From a virus (Duplodnaviria > Caudoviricetes), in the IMG/VR virus record IMGVR_UViG_3300032665_000055, positions 1 to 47,195 of that record: a DNA stretch of 47,195 nucleotides, one strand, 5' to 3'. The notes below the pieces were generated by a model. The model had not been told where the DNA came from. It searched no databases and saw only the letters and a program-made list of their open reading frames with translations. This document shows, piece after piece, positions 36,861 through 46,106 of this stretch. Numbering within the stretch: the stretch's first letter is position 1; the number at the start of each line of letters is the position of its first letter. Both the position numbers and the translations under genes were made by a program.

Positions 36861-37702
36861 ACCTTTGTCCAGATTTTCATTCCGATACTGTTTTGAATGT
36901 AATTCCTTGCCGATTCAACGCCTAGCTTTTGAAGTAGCTGGCGACAATCTTTAACAGGATTTGGGCAGGTGAAAATCACAGACATTAAGCCAAGCTCTTT
37001 TTTAAGCCGTGTCGCGCCGTCTTGGCCCGGCCTGAAAGTCTTACCATTCGGTGCGGTTTTCAGGGTGTCATTGTCTGCCACGATGACAATTCTCGTCACG
37101 TCTAGCCTTTTTAACGCTGTTTTAAGCATATCCGCGCCGGAATTGCAGCTGAACCTGCCGATGGCGTAAAAACCCATCGTGAGTAATGCCGCCGTGCTAC
37201 TCGCCCCCTCACAAATGTAAGCCAACTTTTGCGGCTCAATCTGCGGAATAAATAATCCCCCTTGCGAGCCGGTTACACATTTCTTTGAACCATCATCGCA
37301 GCGCAGATGAATCCCAATGATTTTATTGTCGCCGTCGCGCATGGGGAACGTCCAAGACTTAAAGCCTTCGGAAAATCCAACCCCCAAATCTTTGACAGAA
37401 TTTAAGCTGACCCCAAGTTTATCAGCAATAATTCCAAAACATTTATCACTGTATCCCTCGTAAATGTTTTGCTGATATTGAAAATCCATCTTCATTTTCG
37501 GCGGAGCGATAAATCTTTTTACCGGCATTTGAACCGGCTTGCTGCGTCCGTAGTCGTGAAACCATCCGCCGTCTTTTGATGGATGTTCACTTTGAATCCT
37601 CATACAGATAAATTTGCGCTGTCCGGCCCTGCACGTCCAATCATGTCCACCACAAGCAGGACATGGGTTCTCTTTTGAGAAATGAGGAAAAATTGCGCTC
37701 AT
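36857..37702 (-). CDS. Primase (zinc finger + TOPRIM)
   Basis: CPACGGHDWTC..CMR; ICEG; ADND; KDCR. Confidence 0.8.
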   Translation of the reverse strand: MSAIFPHFSKENPCPACGGHDWTCRAGQRKFICMRIQSEHPSKDGGWFHDYGRSKPVQMPVKRFIAPPKMKMDFQYQQNIYEGYSDKCFGIIADKLGVSLNSVKDLGVGFSEGFKSWTFPMRDGDNKIIGIHLRCDDGSKKCVTGSQGGLFIPQIEPQKLAYICEGASSTAALLTMGFYAIGRFSCNSGADMLKTALKRLDVTRIVIVADNDTLKTAPNGKTFRPGQDGATRLKKELGLMSVIFTCPNPVKDCRQLLQKLGVESARNYIQNSIGMKIWTKV

Positions 37703-38001
37703 AGCTTTACCTCAATCTTTTCTTCAATTTCCTTAATCGCTTTCAAACACTCCTGTAAATCAATCCGCGCAGAATCCGAAATCATCTTTTTAAGAAGTCC
37801 ATTAAAAGCGTTTTTAAGACTGCCGAAATAACCGTAGAACTTTTCATTGAATTGAACTTCCCAATTTAATTCATCAGCGCGGACGATGCGCCAGTTTTCG
37901 TCAATGATAATTGTCTGACTTTCGCGCTTATTTCTTTTCGCCGCACAAGTGGCTGACATCTTTTCGGCGCGATTTAATTCTTTTCTTTTGGGGATGTTCA
38001 T
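37699..38001 (-). CDS. Hypothetical protein
   Basis: 100-aa ORF overlapping the primase start. Confidence 0.65.
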   Translation of the reverse strand: MNIPKRKELNRAEKMSATCAAKRNKRESQTIIIDENWRIVRADELNWEVQFNEKFYGYFGSLKNAFNGLLKKMISDSARIDLQECLKAIKEIEEKIEVKL

Positions 38002-38010
38002 AAATTAAAC

Positions 38011-38106
38011 GGTGACGCCCCGTGCAACAATCGCGGAAAGACCGCTGAAGTAACCCGATTGACTACGGGTTAGGGCGTCACCAAAATTAAGCTTCCATTG
38101 TTGCAC
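38011..38106 (-). promoter_or_regulatory. Structured RNA leader with possible pseudoknot
   Basis: GGTGACGCCC/GGGCGTCACC, TAACCCG/CGGGTTA and crossing GTGCAACAAT/ATTGTTGCAC pairings. Confidence 0.6.
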
Positions 38107-38124
38107 AAAATTACGATAGCTGAA

Positions 38125-38331
38125 TTATTTCGGATTGCAAGGAATTTCTATGATGCAATTCAAAACCTGACTCGGCCAAAATTGTTTGATGGTCGCTGTC
38201 GGATGATTGTCTTTGACAAACCTTTCCATTTCCGCTTGCGTTTCAAAGTGGCGGTTTAATTGAAGACGTGTCGGCACGTTTTCCGGCTTGCGCTCCGGCA
38301 ATTTAGGTTTGCGGGTTGGAATCATTTTCAA
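38125..38331 (-). CDS. Hypothetical protein
   Basis: 68 aa, begins MKMIPTRKPKLPERK. Confidence 0.6.
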   Translation of the reverse strand: MKMIPTRKPKLPERKPENVPTRLQLNRHFETQAEMERFVKDNHPTATIKQFWPSQVLNCIIEIPCNPK

Positions 38332-38589
38332 GCTCCTTTTTAATCATTAAAATCCATTCACGCGCTGCAATGCAATTTCCACATTGACAGCTTGGACAAT
38401 TTTTCTTTTCAAAATAAGCCAACAGTTTTTCGAGTGTTTCTTTCATTTTAACGCCTCCGCTAAATTCGGCCAAAGCAATCTTGCCCGCTCGTCAACCATC
38501 TTCAAAAGTTTTGCGCGATTGCGAATTTTACGCATATATTTTAGCGTGGCATTGCGATGTCTTGTTTTTTTCTCTTTAATTAACATAAA

Positions 38590-40323
38590 TCAAAATGGGT
38601 TTTCCATCGGAATCGTTTCGGTGTTTCTTGTCGGCATTTTAATCGTTTTAATCGGTTGCCCATTGCCGCGCAGCTTCCAGCCCGACGCAGCGATTTTATC
38701 AATCGTCGCCTTTGCAACTTCAAAAGTCACATTAGAATCAAAATTGTGTTTGCGGAGTAGCTGCGCTTGTTTCATGCTGCATAATCCCTCATGCCAGCGA
38801 CGTAATTGTTCACCGACTAATTGCTTGGTTTGGGCATAATCAAAATCATCTGGATTCAATCCCATTTTACGCAAGACTCCGCGCATTTTTTCAGATGGTT
38901 CTTTTTTAATGTCCCATCCGCGCGGCTTGGCAGCAGTGATTCCTAAAACGTCAAATGGATTAAACGAGGTGGATTTGAAATTTGATTTAACAACTATCTT
39001 TGCTTTGCGGGCGGCTTCTTCCAATTCTTTTTTCTTCTTTTCTTCCGCCCGCTTTTCCTCCTCATCCAAAGATTTTGTAACCGACATTCTGCCACCGGAT
39101 TTGCGGGCAATGGCAACCGCTTCTTTAACCGCCTCTTCCGTTACATTCCCCGCAAATAAATCAAATGTCGTCGCAAGGTCATAACGATTGCCGTAGTATT
39201 CCAAAATCAGGCAATTTGATTTATTGCTGCGCTGAATCATTGAACGACGAAAACCGGCATTAGAAATATCGCCTAACTTGTGCGCGATTGAATCCGATGG
39301 ACGAGTGCCCCGGCCCACCATTTGCTCAAGAAGCGAAACGGATTTAGTGGGCTTCGGCACAATCACTTCAACGCCGGCATCATCAAATCCTTCGGTATGA
39401 GTCCCGCAATTCCAAATCCAGCGGATTGAACCATTGGCAAAATCTGAATTGATTTTCTTGCGCTCGTCCTTGTCGGTCTTTCCATTGATGTGAGCCGCGC
39501 ATCCTGGCCGATGCCGGTTAAAAATATCCGCCATCATCTTTGCATGATTCACGGATGGACTAAATCCAATCCCGCGCTTGTTACCAGCAATCTCAATAAT
39601 TGAATCTGCAATTCCATAAAGCGGTTTTTCAGATTCCATCACGGCGGATAATTGTCCCTGATTCAAGTCTCCCGCCGTGATTTTAATGTTTTTGAAATCC
39701 AAGGATTCAATATGAACGGCCTGTGCTTCAATCGGCACAAGCCAACCTTCGCGGATTCCGTAGTCCATGTCTTTGTCAAAGGCAACATCGTTAAAAATCT
39801 GCCCAAGTGATTCTTCGTCCGCTCTATTTGGAGTGGCTGTGACAGCTAAAATTTTAAGATTTGGATTTTGCAAAAAATAATTCATCAAACGAACATAGCT
39901 TGCACCAGTTGCGTGATGGCCTTCATCAATTATCAGCAAATCAAAATCAGTCGGCAGAAACTTTGTCATGCGGCCTAATCCGTCGCCGCCTGCCGTTAAA
40001 GTTTGAACCGTTGCCACAACTCCAGCGTCTCCGACATTTTCAGGATTAAACAAATCAGGTTCAAAATTATTAACCGAACGATACCCGCCCATTTCAACCT
40101 GAAATTTGTATCCTGTCACTTGTTCTATTTTATTCCGCGCTTGCCAAATTAGTTCTTCCCGGTGAGCGATTACTAGCGCACGTTTTTGAAACTTTTGAAT
40201 AACATCGGCAAACACTATTGTTTTTCCCATTCCGGTAGCGAGTCTTCCGACAACAGAGCGATTCTCTTTCCAAGAATCAAACGTGCTTTCAACCGCTTCT
40301 CTTTGGTATTGGCGCAAAATCAT
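38590..40323 (-). CDS. Superfamily 2 DExH helicase (YejH/Irc3-like)
   Basis: LRQYQ, ATGMGKT, DEGHH, TATP, EGFD, QMVGRGTR. Confidence 0.92.
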   Translation of the reverse strand: MILRQYQREAVESTFDSWKENRSVVGRLATGMGKTIVFADVIQKFQKRALVIAHREELIWQARNKIEQVTGYKFQVEMGGYRSVNNFEPDLFNPENVGDAGVVATVQTLTAGGDGLGRMTKFLPTDFDLLIIDEGHHATGASYVRLMNYFLQNPNLKILAVTATPNRADEESLGQIFNDVAFDKDMDYGIREGWLVPIEAQAVHIESLDFKNIKITAGDLNQGQLSAVMESEKPLYGIADSIIEIAGNKRGIGFSPSVNHAKMMADIFNRHRPGCAAHINGKTDKDERKKINSDFANGSIRWIWNCGTHTEGFDDAGVEVIVPKPTKSVSLLEQMVGRGTRPSDSIAHKLGDISNAGFRRSMIQRSNKSNCLILEYYGNRYDLATTFDLFAGNVTEEAVKEAVAIARKSGGRMSVTKSLDEEEKRAEEKKKKELEEAARKAKIVVKSNFKSTSFNPFDVLGITAAKPRGWDIKKEPSEKMRGVLRKMGLNPDDFDYAQTKQLVGEQLRRWHEGLCSMKQAQLLRKHNFDSNVTFEVAKATIDKIAASGWKLRGNGQPIKTIKMPTRNTETIPMENPF

Positions 40324-40326
40324 TAC

Positions 40327-40551
40327 TCAATCAATCTCAATCATCTTTGTCTGTTTTTTATGCGGCGCAGATTCTTTATGTTTCTTTTCCAAATCTTCCC
40401 GCGCTTCCCTTATTCTGGTAGTCGCTTTTTCAATCATTAAAAACGCTCCATGTTTCATGGCTTTCTCAACTAATTGAATAACCATATGATTTCGCGTGTC
40501 GTGAACTTTCGCAAATTCCAATGATTCAGCTTTCCAGTTAATATTAGTCAT
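40327..40551 (-). CDS. Hypothetical protein
   Basis: 74-aa ORF in the operon. Confidence 0.6.
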   Translation of the reverse strand: MTNINWKAESLEFAKVHDTRNHMVIQLVEKAMKHGAFLMIEKATTRIREAREDLEKKHKESAPHKKQTKMIEID

Positions 40552-40556
40552 AAATA

Positions 40557-40964
40557 TTATTTCTTCCTCGCTTCGTTGATGGCGGAGAGGAGTGAGTCGC
40601 CGTGATAAGCATTTGTCGTTTTTCCGTCATACAACTCCAACGTCGTCACGCCGTTAAAACTGTATGTGCGTATGAGTTGCTGACTAGAATTTTCATGTTC
40701 TAAATAAGATTGAAAACAATCCAACGCCTCGGCCTTCTCGCGGTAGGAGTCGCGTTCGTCCAGTGCTTCATTGATAGCAATCTGTTTGCGAACACATTCA
40801 AGTTCCATACCTTTATTTGCCTCTCTCAACTCATCTCTCTCCCTGATGATGGCGGTGAGTTCGGTAAGGCTGTCAACAGCGCATGACTGGTCTGTATAGT
40901 TGTAAGACAAACGCTTCTGCAATTCTCTCGCCCGCAGTTCGGCGGATGGTTGGTGTGTGGTCAT
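40557..40964 (-). CDS. Hypothetical coiled-coil protein
   Basis: 135-aa ORF in the operon. Confidence 0.6.
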   Translation of the reverse strand: MTTHQPSAELRARELQKRLSYNYTDQSCAVDSLTELTAIIRERDELREANKGMELECVRKQIAINEALDERDSYREKAEALDCFQSYLEHENSSQQLIRTYSFNGVTTLELYDGKTTNAYHGDSLLSAINEARKK

Positions 40965-41314
40965 TGTTTGTCCAGTCTCTTTGCCGCAAGCTCCTCCGTG
41001 AAATTATTAGGGTAACGCTTGCGAAGTTTGTCAATGTTCATCTCCATGACTTGTTCCAAAGAGGAATCACAAGCTGATACCATAAGAGAAACATACCATA
41101 AGATATCGCCACATTCTTCGAGCAAATTAGCAATATCAAGAGGTTGACCATAGATGACGTGCTTCTTAATAGCGTCTCCAATTTCGCCTGTTTCGGACGA
41201 TAAACCCAGATGGGCATGAATAATGTGTCGGTGACTTGACTGAATGTTCTTAAATGTTTCATAATCTTTTAAGCAGGTTCGGCTGGCTTGGTTTTGGTAT
41301 TCGTTTGGGGTCAT
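40961..41314 (-). CDS. MazG-like nucleotide pyrophosphohydrolase
   Basis: LGLSSETGEIGDAIKK, EECGDILWY, NIDKLRKRYP. Confidence 0.9.
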   Translation of the reverse strand: MTPNEYQNQASRTCLKDYETFKNIQSSHRHIIHAHLGLSSETGEIGDAIKKHVIYGQPLDIANLLEECGDILWYVSLMVSACDSSLEQVMEMNIDKLRKRYPNNFTEELAAKRLDKQ

Positions 41315-41418
41315 TCACTTACCTTTCTCTTTGTTGTTAATCTTCTTTAGTTTCTTCACTACCTGTTTCATTTAGGTATCTCCAGTTTAGGGTTATTGAA
41401 GTGGGTGAGGATGGTATA

Positions 41419-41772
41419 TTATTCATCTGTCAAATTGATTTCGTAAATCCGACATTCGCGTTGCGTTTGGCCTTTTACTTTTACCCAGTCATGCACGGAA
41501 ATTCTGTTTCCGCAAGCCATCCAGATTCCGGCTTTCGGCTCAGCATTTATTTTTTTAATTCTCGTTGAACCGTTTCCACCTCCAGTAACTTGAACCGCCA
41601 TCGTTCCCCGACTTGGCGAGCAAGCAATTAAATCCGCAAAGCCAAAAAAATCTTTAGTAATAAATGTATGTGGAATTCGATACTCAACCACGGCAACCGT
41701 CCAGCCTTCCGCTGTTAATTTATCAACGCTTGCCCGATTTGCGTTGAATGGCTTTGTGCGTTTAGCTTTCAC
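41419..41772 (-). CDS. PD-(D/E)XK-like nuclease, possible Holliday junction resolvase
   Basis: EGWTVAVVE, DFFGFADLIA, AVQVT. Confidence 0.6.
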   Translation of the reverse strand: MKAKRTKPFNANRASVDKLTAEGWTVAVVEYRIPHTFITKDFFGFADLIACSPSRGTMAVQVTGGGNGSTRIKKINAEPKAGIWMACGNRISVHDWVKVKGQTQRECRIYEINLTDE

Positions 41773-42484
41773 GCAATGCCTTTATTTCTTCCGGTTGACG
41801 TTCCCACCAGAATTTTGAAAGTGTCCCGCGCTTTTTGCAGTCTTGGCAATCGCTGAAAAATATCCCATTGCACGACGGACAAACTGCGTAAGACTTCGCG
41901 GCAACCAATTCCTCCTCACACATTTTCAATCTTGAAATCGTTCCTTGCCGGTCAATTCCAAAATAAAGCCTATCCTTATCCGTGTCGGCTTTTTCCAAAG
42001 TTAAACGAGTTTTTTTAACCATCGAAAGCAAATGGTCAACCTCCTCGTTTCGATTCCAAAATTCTTGAATTTCCGGCGGGATGTCTATTCCCGTTTCATC
42101 CTTCGGCAATTTAACCTCTTTCCGCTTCTCTGGAAGGTTCACCACGGACTTTTTAGGCGTCGGCGGTGTCTTTTCGCCTTCCGGCTCTTCCGGCTCGCTG
42201 ACGGCAATCTGGCGACGTTGCGGCATGGCCATTTTGCGGACTTCTAAAGCCTCGGCAACCGTCTTAACTTCCGGCTTCGCAATCGCAACCTTTCCCGCCT
42301 CGATTTGCTTCCATCCCCAATTGTAAGTTTTGCCGATTGATTCGCAGTAGTCTTTGAACGACTTAAACCCGCCCTGCCGATAAAGTTCCTTGTCGCGGAT
42401 TTCCTGCAATGCTTCGCCAGCTTCGGCCAAAGACTTTTTAATCTTTAAGTCGAGCGTTTTGAATCTTGAAATTTGAATGGACAT
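41762..42484 (-). CDS. Putative DNA-binding protein with C-terminal zinc finger
   Basis: GEALQEIRDKELYR..FKSFKDYC N-domain; CPSC..CQDC. Confidence 0.55.
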   Translation of the reverse strand: MSIQISRFKTLDLKIKKSLAEAGEALQEIRDKELYRQGGFKSFKDYCESIGKTYNWGWKQIEAGKVAIAKPEVKTVAEALEVRKMAMPQRRQIAVSEPEEPEGEKTPPTPKKSVVNLPEKRKEVKLPKDETGIDIPPEIQEFWNRNEEVDHLLSMVKKTRLTLEKADTDKDRLYFGIDRQGTISRLKMCEEELVAAKSYAVCPSCNGIFFSDCQDCKKRGTLSKFWWERQPEEIKALRES

Positions 42485-42544
42485 TTAATTTAATCCGCAG
42501 CGGTTTTGATTAACCAGACTCCCGCTAAACTGGCCACGAACTAA

Positions 42545-43294
42545 TTACAGTCCAAGTTCATTTGCAACCTGTCCCCACTGTTCCGGCGTCTCGGCGGAAA
42601 CATTCGCGCCGAAAAGTTTATCCTGCGCCGGGAAGAAAAACTTGTCACCAAGTTCCTGCATCGCTTCCGCATCATTTTCATCCTTACCGTGTTTTTTAGC
42701 GAGTAAGGTCATAACCATTTCGGCAGTTTCTTTTCGTGGTTCAGCAACCGTTTTCGTCGGCATCTTGCGCGTCGGCTTTGCCGGTCCTGATTTAGCCTCC
42801 GCTTTCGGTTCAGCTTTTTTTTCTACCTTGGCCGCAACTTTCGGCGTGGATGTGGCCGCGCCAAACTTCTTCCCCCATTTCGCCATTGCGGCGGATTCGT
42901 CTTCCGATGTGGCCGGCGTGATACCAGAGCCAAGTTTGTTCAGCCAACGGAATTTGAACGAATCAACCTGTTCGCTTTTTCCGTTTGGGGTGTAAGGTTC
43001 GTTGTGGTAGTCGGCCAGAATAAATTCCGGCGCATCACCTTCGGGAATTTCAATGCGCTGCAAGTCAAACGGATTTTCCGTTGTCCATCCAAAGATTTCC
43101 CGCAAGCCTTCGATTGCCCGCTCTTGCAACGTGCCATCCTTTGTGCCAATACAGACTGAATGATTGCCGGAAAAGGCAATCCCGTTAGTGAGCGTGAATG
43201 GGATATAAACCATCAACGCACCTTGTTTTGATTCACCGACGACGATTGCGCCACTCCGCTTTGCGGGATAGGACGCACCAATGATTAGTTCCAT
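42545..43294 (-). CDS. Putative ssDNA-binding/recombination-associated protein
   Basis: Beta-rich N-domain, low-complexity linker, near the annealing protein gene. Confidence 0.45.
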   Translation of the reverse strand: MELIIGASYPAKRSGAIVVGESKQGALMVYIPFTLTNGIAFSGNHSVCIGTKDGTLQERAIEGLREIFGWTTENPFDLQRIEIPEGDAPEFILADYHNEPYTPNGKSEQVDSFKFRWLNKLGSGITPATSEDESAAMAKWGKKFGAATSTPKVAAKVEKKAEPKAEAKSGPAKPTRKMPTKTVAEPRKETAEMVMTLLAKKHGKDENDAEAMQELGDKFFFPAQDKLFGANVSAETPEQWGQVANELGL

Positions 43295-43298
43295 AGTT

Positions 43299-44075
43299 TT
43301 ATTTTCTTTTGGTTTGTTTGTTGTATTTGTTTTCTACATCACGCCACCAGTTAGTGTCAGCAGCGTAAATTTTATTGAGACTTTGAAAGTAGTCTCCTTT
43401 TCCATCCCAATGCGAATAAGTATTGCGGCAGAGCTTAATGCAGATTGCGCGGGCGGTTGACTCTGGATAGCCGATGAGTTTTCCGCTGACGCGATGTTCG
43501 CAACCGTATTCAAATTTCCGACTGTTTTCGTGGATTCGGATTGCATCTGCGAGTCTTTCATAATTTATGATTGGTTTAATTTGTGCGCTGGCAGAAATTG
43601 CAGAGATTAAAACAATCGCGGCCAAATGCGCCCATGATTTTTTTTGCTGAATCCTGATTACAGTTTGAAAACAAACACCAAACATTTTTGCCAGCTTTCG
43701 GCACGAAACAACTCCTTTTGATTCGCGTATTTTTAATATATCTGACTCATTTAACTTTGAGCTTCCATTTAATTGCCCGCGAGATGGATTCCATCTCCCC
43801 TTTTTAACGCAATCCCTAATATTGTCTCCATCTGTCCCCAAAAACAAATGCGCCGGATTAACACAAGAAGGATTGTCGCAGCGATGGCAAACTTTAAGGG
43901 ATAAATTAAAATCACCAAATTTTAATTTGTAAGCCAAGCGATGCGCCCGCCATTGTTTTCCATTAAAAACGGCAGAACCATATCCACGTTCATCAAACTT
44001 TGCTCTCTGCCAATTCCAGCACGAATTTTCACCGTTGGATTTATCTGCGTTTTCCCAAAATGTTTTTTCGGTCAT
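43299..44075 (-). CDS. HNH endonuclease fused in frame to a secreted lysozyme-like domain
   Basis: CWNWQ, RAHRLAY, VCHRCDNPSCVNPAHLFLGT..DN, HTH ending KSWAHL; then AAIVLISAISASAQ and LADAIRIHE..YG. Confidence 0.8.
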   Translation of the reverse strand: MTEKTFWENADKSNGENSCWNWQRAKFDERGYGSAVFNGKQWRAHRLAYKLKFGDFNLSLKVCHRCDNPSCVNPAHLFLGTDGDNIRDCVKKGRWNPSRGQLNGSSKLNESDILKIRESKGVVSCRKLAKMFGVCFQTVIRIQQKKSWAHLAAIVLISAISASAQIKPIINYERLADAIRIHENSRKFEYGCEHRVSGKLIGYPESTARAICIKLCRNTYSHWDGKGDYFQSLNKIYAADTNWWRDVENKYNKQTKRK

Positions 44076-44084
44076 AAAACAAAA

Positions 44085-44218
44085 ACCATCCCCAAGCCGT
44101 GAAGTGATACCCGCGAACAGAGAGCGGCAACCGTGCAAGGGAATGGTGAATTTGTTTGTCATGTTCTTTGTGCCGTATCAAGGCGCTTTTAGTTTTGCAC
44201 GATTAAAATAATTGTCAA
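44085..44218 (-). promoter_or_regulatory. Promoter and structured leader of the HNH element
   Basis: TTGACA at 44218-44213; stem 44085-44093/44139-44147; crossing TGATAC/GTATCA. Confidence 0.45.
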
Positions 44219-44250
44219 GTGATTGCCAGCGCGAGAAAAATAGATTTCAT
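44215..44250 (-). pseudogene. Orphan signal-peptide start MKSIFLALAIT*
   Basis: ATGA-coupled to the upstream gene; complements the truncated signal at about 43626. Confidence 0.55.
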
Positions 44251-44930
44251 TTTGTCGGCCTTTCAAAACCTTTATATTTCGCTTTCCAATTTTCGCACCA
44301 GTCTTTTGAAAGAGCCTGCAAGCCAATTCCAAAATCCTTCGCGCAACGGCGAAACGCAGCGGTCTTTGCTGATTCGTAGGCATCTCCGTAATTTCCCTTT
44401 GCGTTAGACTTGAAATAATTTCCGTCACCAATCGCAACGCCGACTTTTGCGCCACGAATCAGCAACATCCCCTCCACATAAACCCGCACGGCCGGCTTTG
44501 GCGGATTGCCTGCGCTAAAATCCTCCTGCCATGAACGAATGATTTCAAAACTCCATTGTCCCAATCCAATGACATCAGAAAGCCGGTTGCGGATTGCGGA
44601 GTGTTCCAGATACAAAAGATTTGTGTCACCACCTGCACCGCGTTGAAAATCTGAATCAGGGAAATCCGCCCGCAATTCTTTTTGTTCTGCCTTTGTCAAA
44701 ATCAGCGTTGACGCTTTCAATGTCGCTTGCGCTAAAAGTTGCTGGATTGCGGCAGGGCGTTCAATCGCTTCTGATTTTTTAATCGCAGGAGCCAATGCCG
44801 TTTCCGCCAAGACTTCCGCATCTTCCGGCGGAGCAACTGCCGAAACATTTTTATCAATCACGGCAAGTTGCTTTTCGACAAAAGCATCGTCGGATTGTTT
44901 TGGCGCAAATTTACGCTTTGGTAGGTTCAT
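44247..44930 (-). CDS. Rad52/Sak/Mgm101-like single-strand annealing protein
   Basis: YLEHSAIRNRLSDVIGLGQW, DAYESAKTAAFRRCAKDFGIG; start taken at MNLPKRK. Confidence 0.8.
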   Translation of the reverse strand: MNLPKRKFAPKQSDDAFVEKQLAVIDKNVSAVAPPEDAEVLAETALAPAIKKSEAIERPAAIQQLLAQATLKASTLILTKAEQKELRADFPDSDFQRGAGGDTNLLYLEHSAIRNRLSDVIGLGQWSFEIIRSWQEDFSAGNPPKPAVRVYVEGMLLIRGAKVGVAIGDGNYFKSNAKGNYGDAYESAKTAAFRRCAKDFGIGLQALSKDWCENWKAKYKGFERPTK

Positions 44931-45135
44931 ATTTCGAGAATTGATGATGCGGTTTGATTTCAGCCAAAAAGAATTTGCCGTGAGATTCAGCTTCACGAAA
45001 AGCCGCGAACTTTTCCGGCGTCACGGCATTGTAGCCATAATGCCCGCCACGGCGGAAATAGATATGCAAAACTTGTTGCTCCTCATCATAGCAGAATTTT
45101 TCAATGAGTGACGATGTTGTAATTACGATGTGCAT
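44911..45135 (-). CDS. KTSC domain protein
   Basis: SSLIEKFCYD..L.I.F..GG.Y.Y..V, AESHGKFF...IK. Confidence 0.88.
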   Translation of the reverse strand: MHIVITTSSLIEKFCYDEEQQVLHIYFRRGGHYGYNAVTPEKFAAFREAESHGKFFLAEIKPHHQFSKYEPTKA

Positions 45136-45137
45136 AA

Positions 45138-45332
45138 TTATTTTCCTTTCGTGATTCTGGTTTGTTTTAGCTCTCCAGTGATTTCAAAAACATCAAGCGA
45201 TGAACCGTCTCTCATCGGGCTTAAGATTGATTGGCAAATTAAATCTTTTTCTTGAGTGGTAACATTCAAGATTCGGATTATTTTTTGCTCGCCATTTTTC
45301 ATTACATCGCAAATTAAAAAAATCTTTTTCAT
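45138..45332 (-). CDS. Hypothetical protein
   Basis: 64-aa ORF in the operon. Confidence 0.55.
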   Translation of the reverse strand: MKKIFLICDVMKNGEQKIIRILNVTTQEKDLICQSILSPMRDGSSLDVFEITGELKQTRITKGK

Positions 45333-45335
45333 AAA

Positions 45336-46067
45336 TTAACGGGTTGTGTAGGTTGACTGATTTTCAAACCAAAGGCGCAAACCAGGCACCGGCAAATTCG
45401 GATGGCAGGTTGATTTAATGGCCGATGCTTTTGGTTCAATTTTACAAAGCTGCGGATTGTGCTTAACCAATTCCATCAAATCCGTCACCTCGTAACAAAG
45501 AACCTGTTTCATCGTCTGGCCTTTGGCGCGATTAACTTCCGGCTCTGGCGCGTTGATGATTGCTTGCGTTGTGGCCTGTGCTGATTCCAGTTTCCGATTT
45601 GCAATCATTTGTTGCGTGATGCTGCCGGATTCCACCGCTTTACGCGCAGCATCGTCTAAAGCGAATTGTGCGCGTTGCGCGGATTCAAATTCTTCCCGCC
45701 GCTTCTTTTCTTCCGCTTCAACTCGGCGATTTTCAGCCTCGACGAAAGCCGTCCCAAGTCGTTGCAAGCGGTTAATCTCGTTGACAAGATTTTCCGAGTG
45801 AGAATCATAGAATCCTTTCAACAGCTTTTGAGCGTCAAGCAATGGCCGTGTGCGCGTTGTCCGCATTTCCTCAATCGCCTTGACGTGCTTCCGCATTTCG
45901 ACAACGGTTTGACCGGCCATTGAATTTTCATCCGCCGTTGCGATGGATTTGATTCCACCGGCGCAAAGCAGATATTGCTCGCGCTCCGTCACCATGTCGG
46001 CGGGGATTAAATCCGCCTCGGCGATGACGATTTTAATTTCTGGAAGTTTTTGAATTGTTGCACTCAT
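45336..46067 (-). CDS. Coiled-coil phage recombination-module protein
   Basis: IEEMRTTRTRPL coiled coil and C-terminal VPGLR. Confidence 0.6.
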   Translation of the reverse strand: MSATIQKLPEIKIVIAEADLIPADMVTEREQYLLCAGGIKSIATADENSMAGQTVVEMRKHVKAIEEMRTTRTRPLLDAQKLLKGFYDSHSENLVNEINRLQRLGTAFVEAENRRVEAEEKKRREEFESAQRAQFALDDAARKAVESGSITQQMIANRKLESAQATTQAIINAPEPEVNRAKGQTMKQVLCYEVTDLMELVKHNPQLCKIEPKASAIKSTCHPNLPVPGLRLWFENQSTYTTR

Positions 46068-46106
46068 AAAAATTGGTTGGCTGGATTTCCTGCCAGCCGT
46101 CAGGGA

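Noticed and set aside
40557-41418. Additional attC cassette in a compositionally distinct patch
   Set aside because: No RYYYAAC/GTTRRRY hairpin found at its borders.
43620-44215. Group I intron around the HNH gene
   Set aside because: Only about 140 non-coding nt, no core elements seen, and the ORF runs in frame into the downstream domain.
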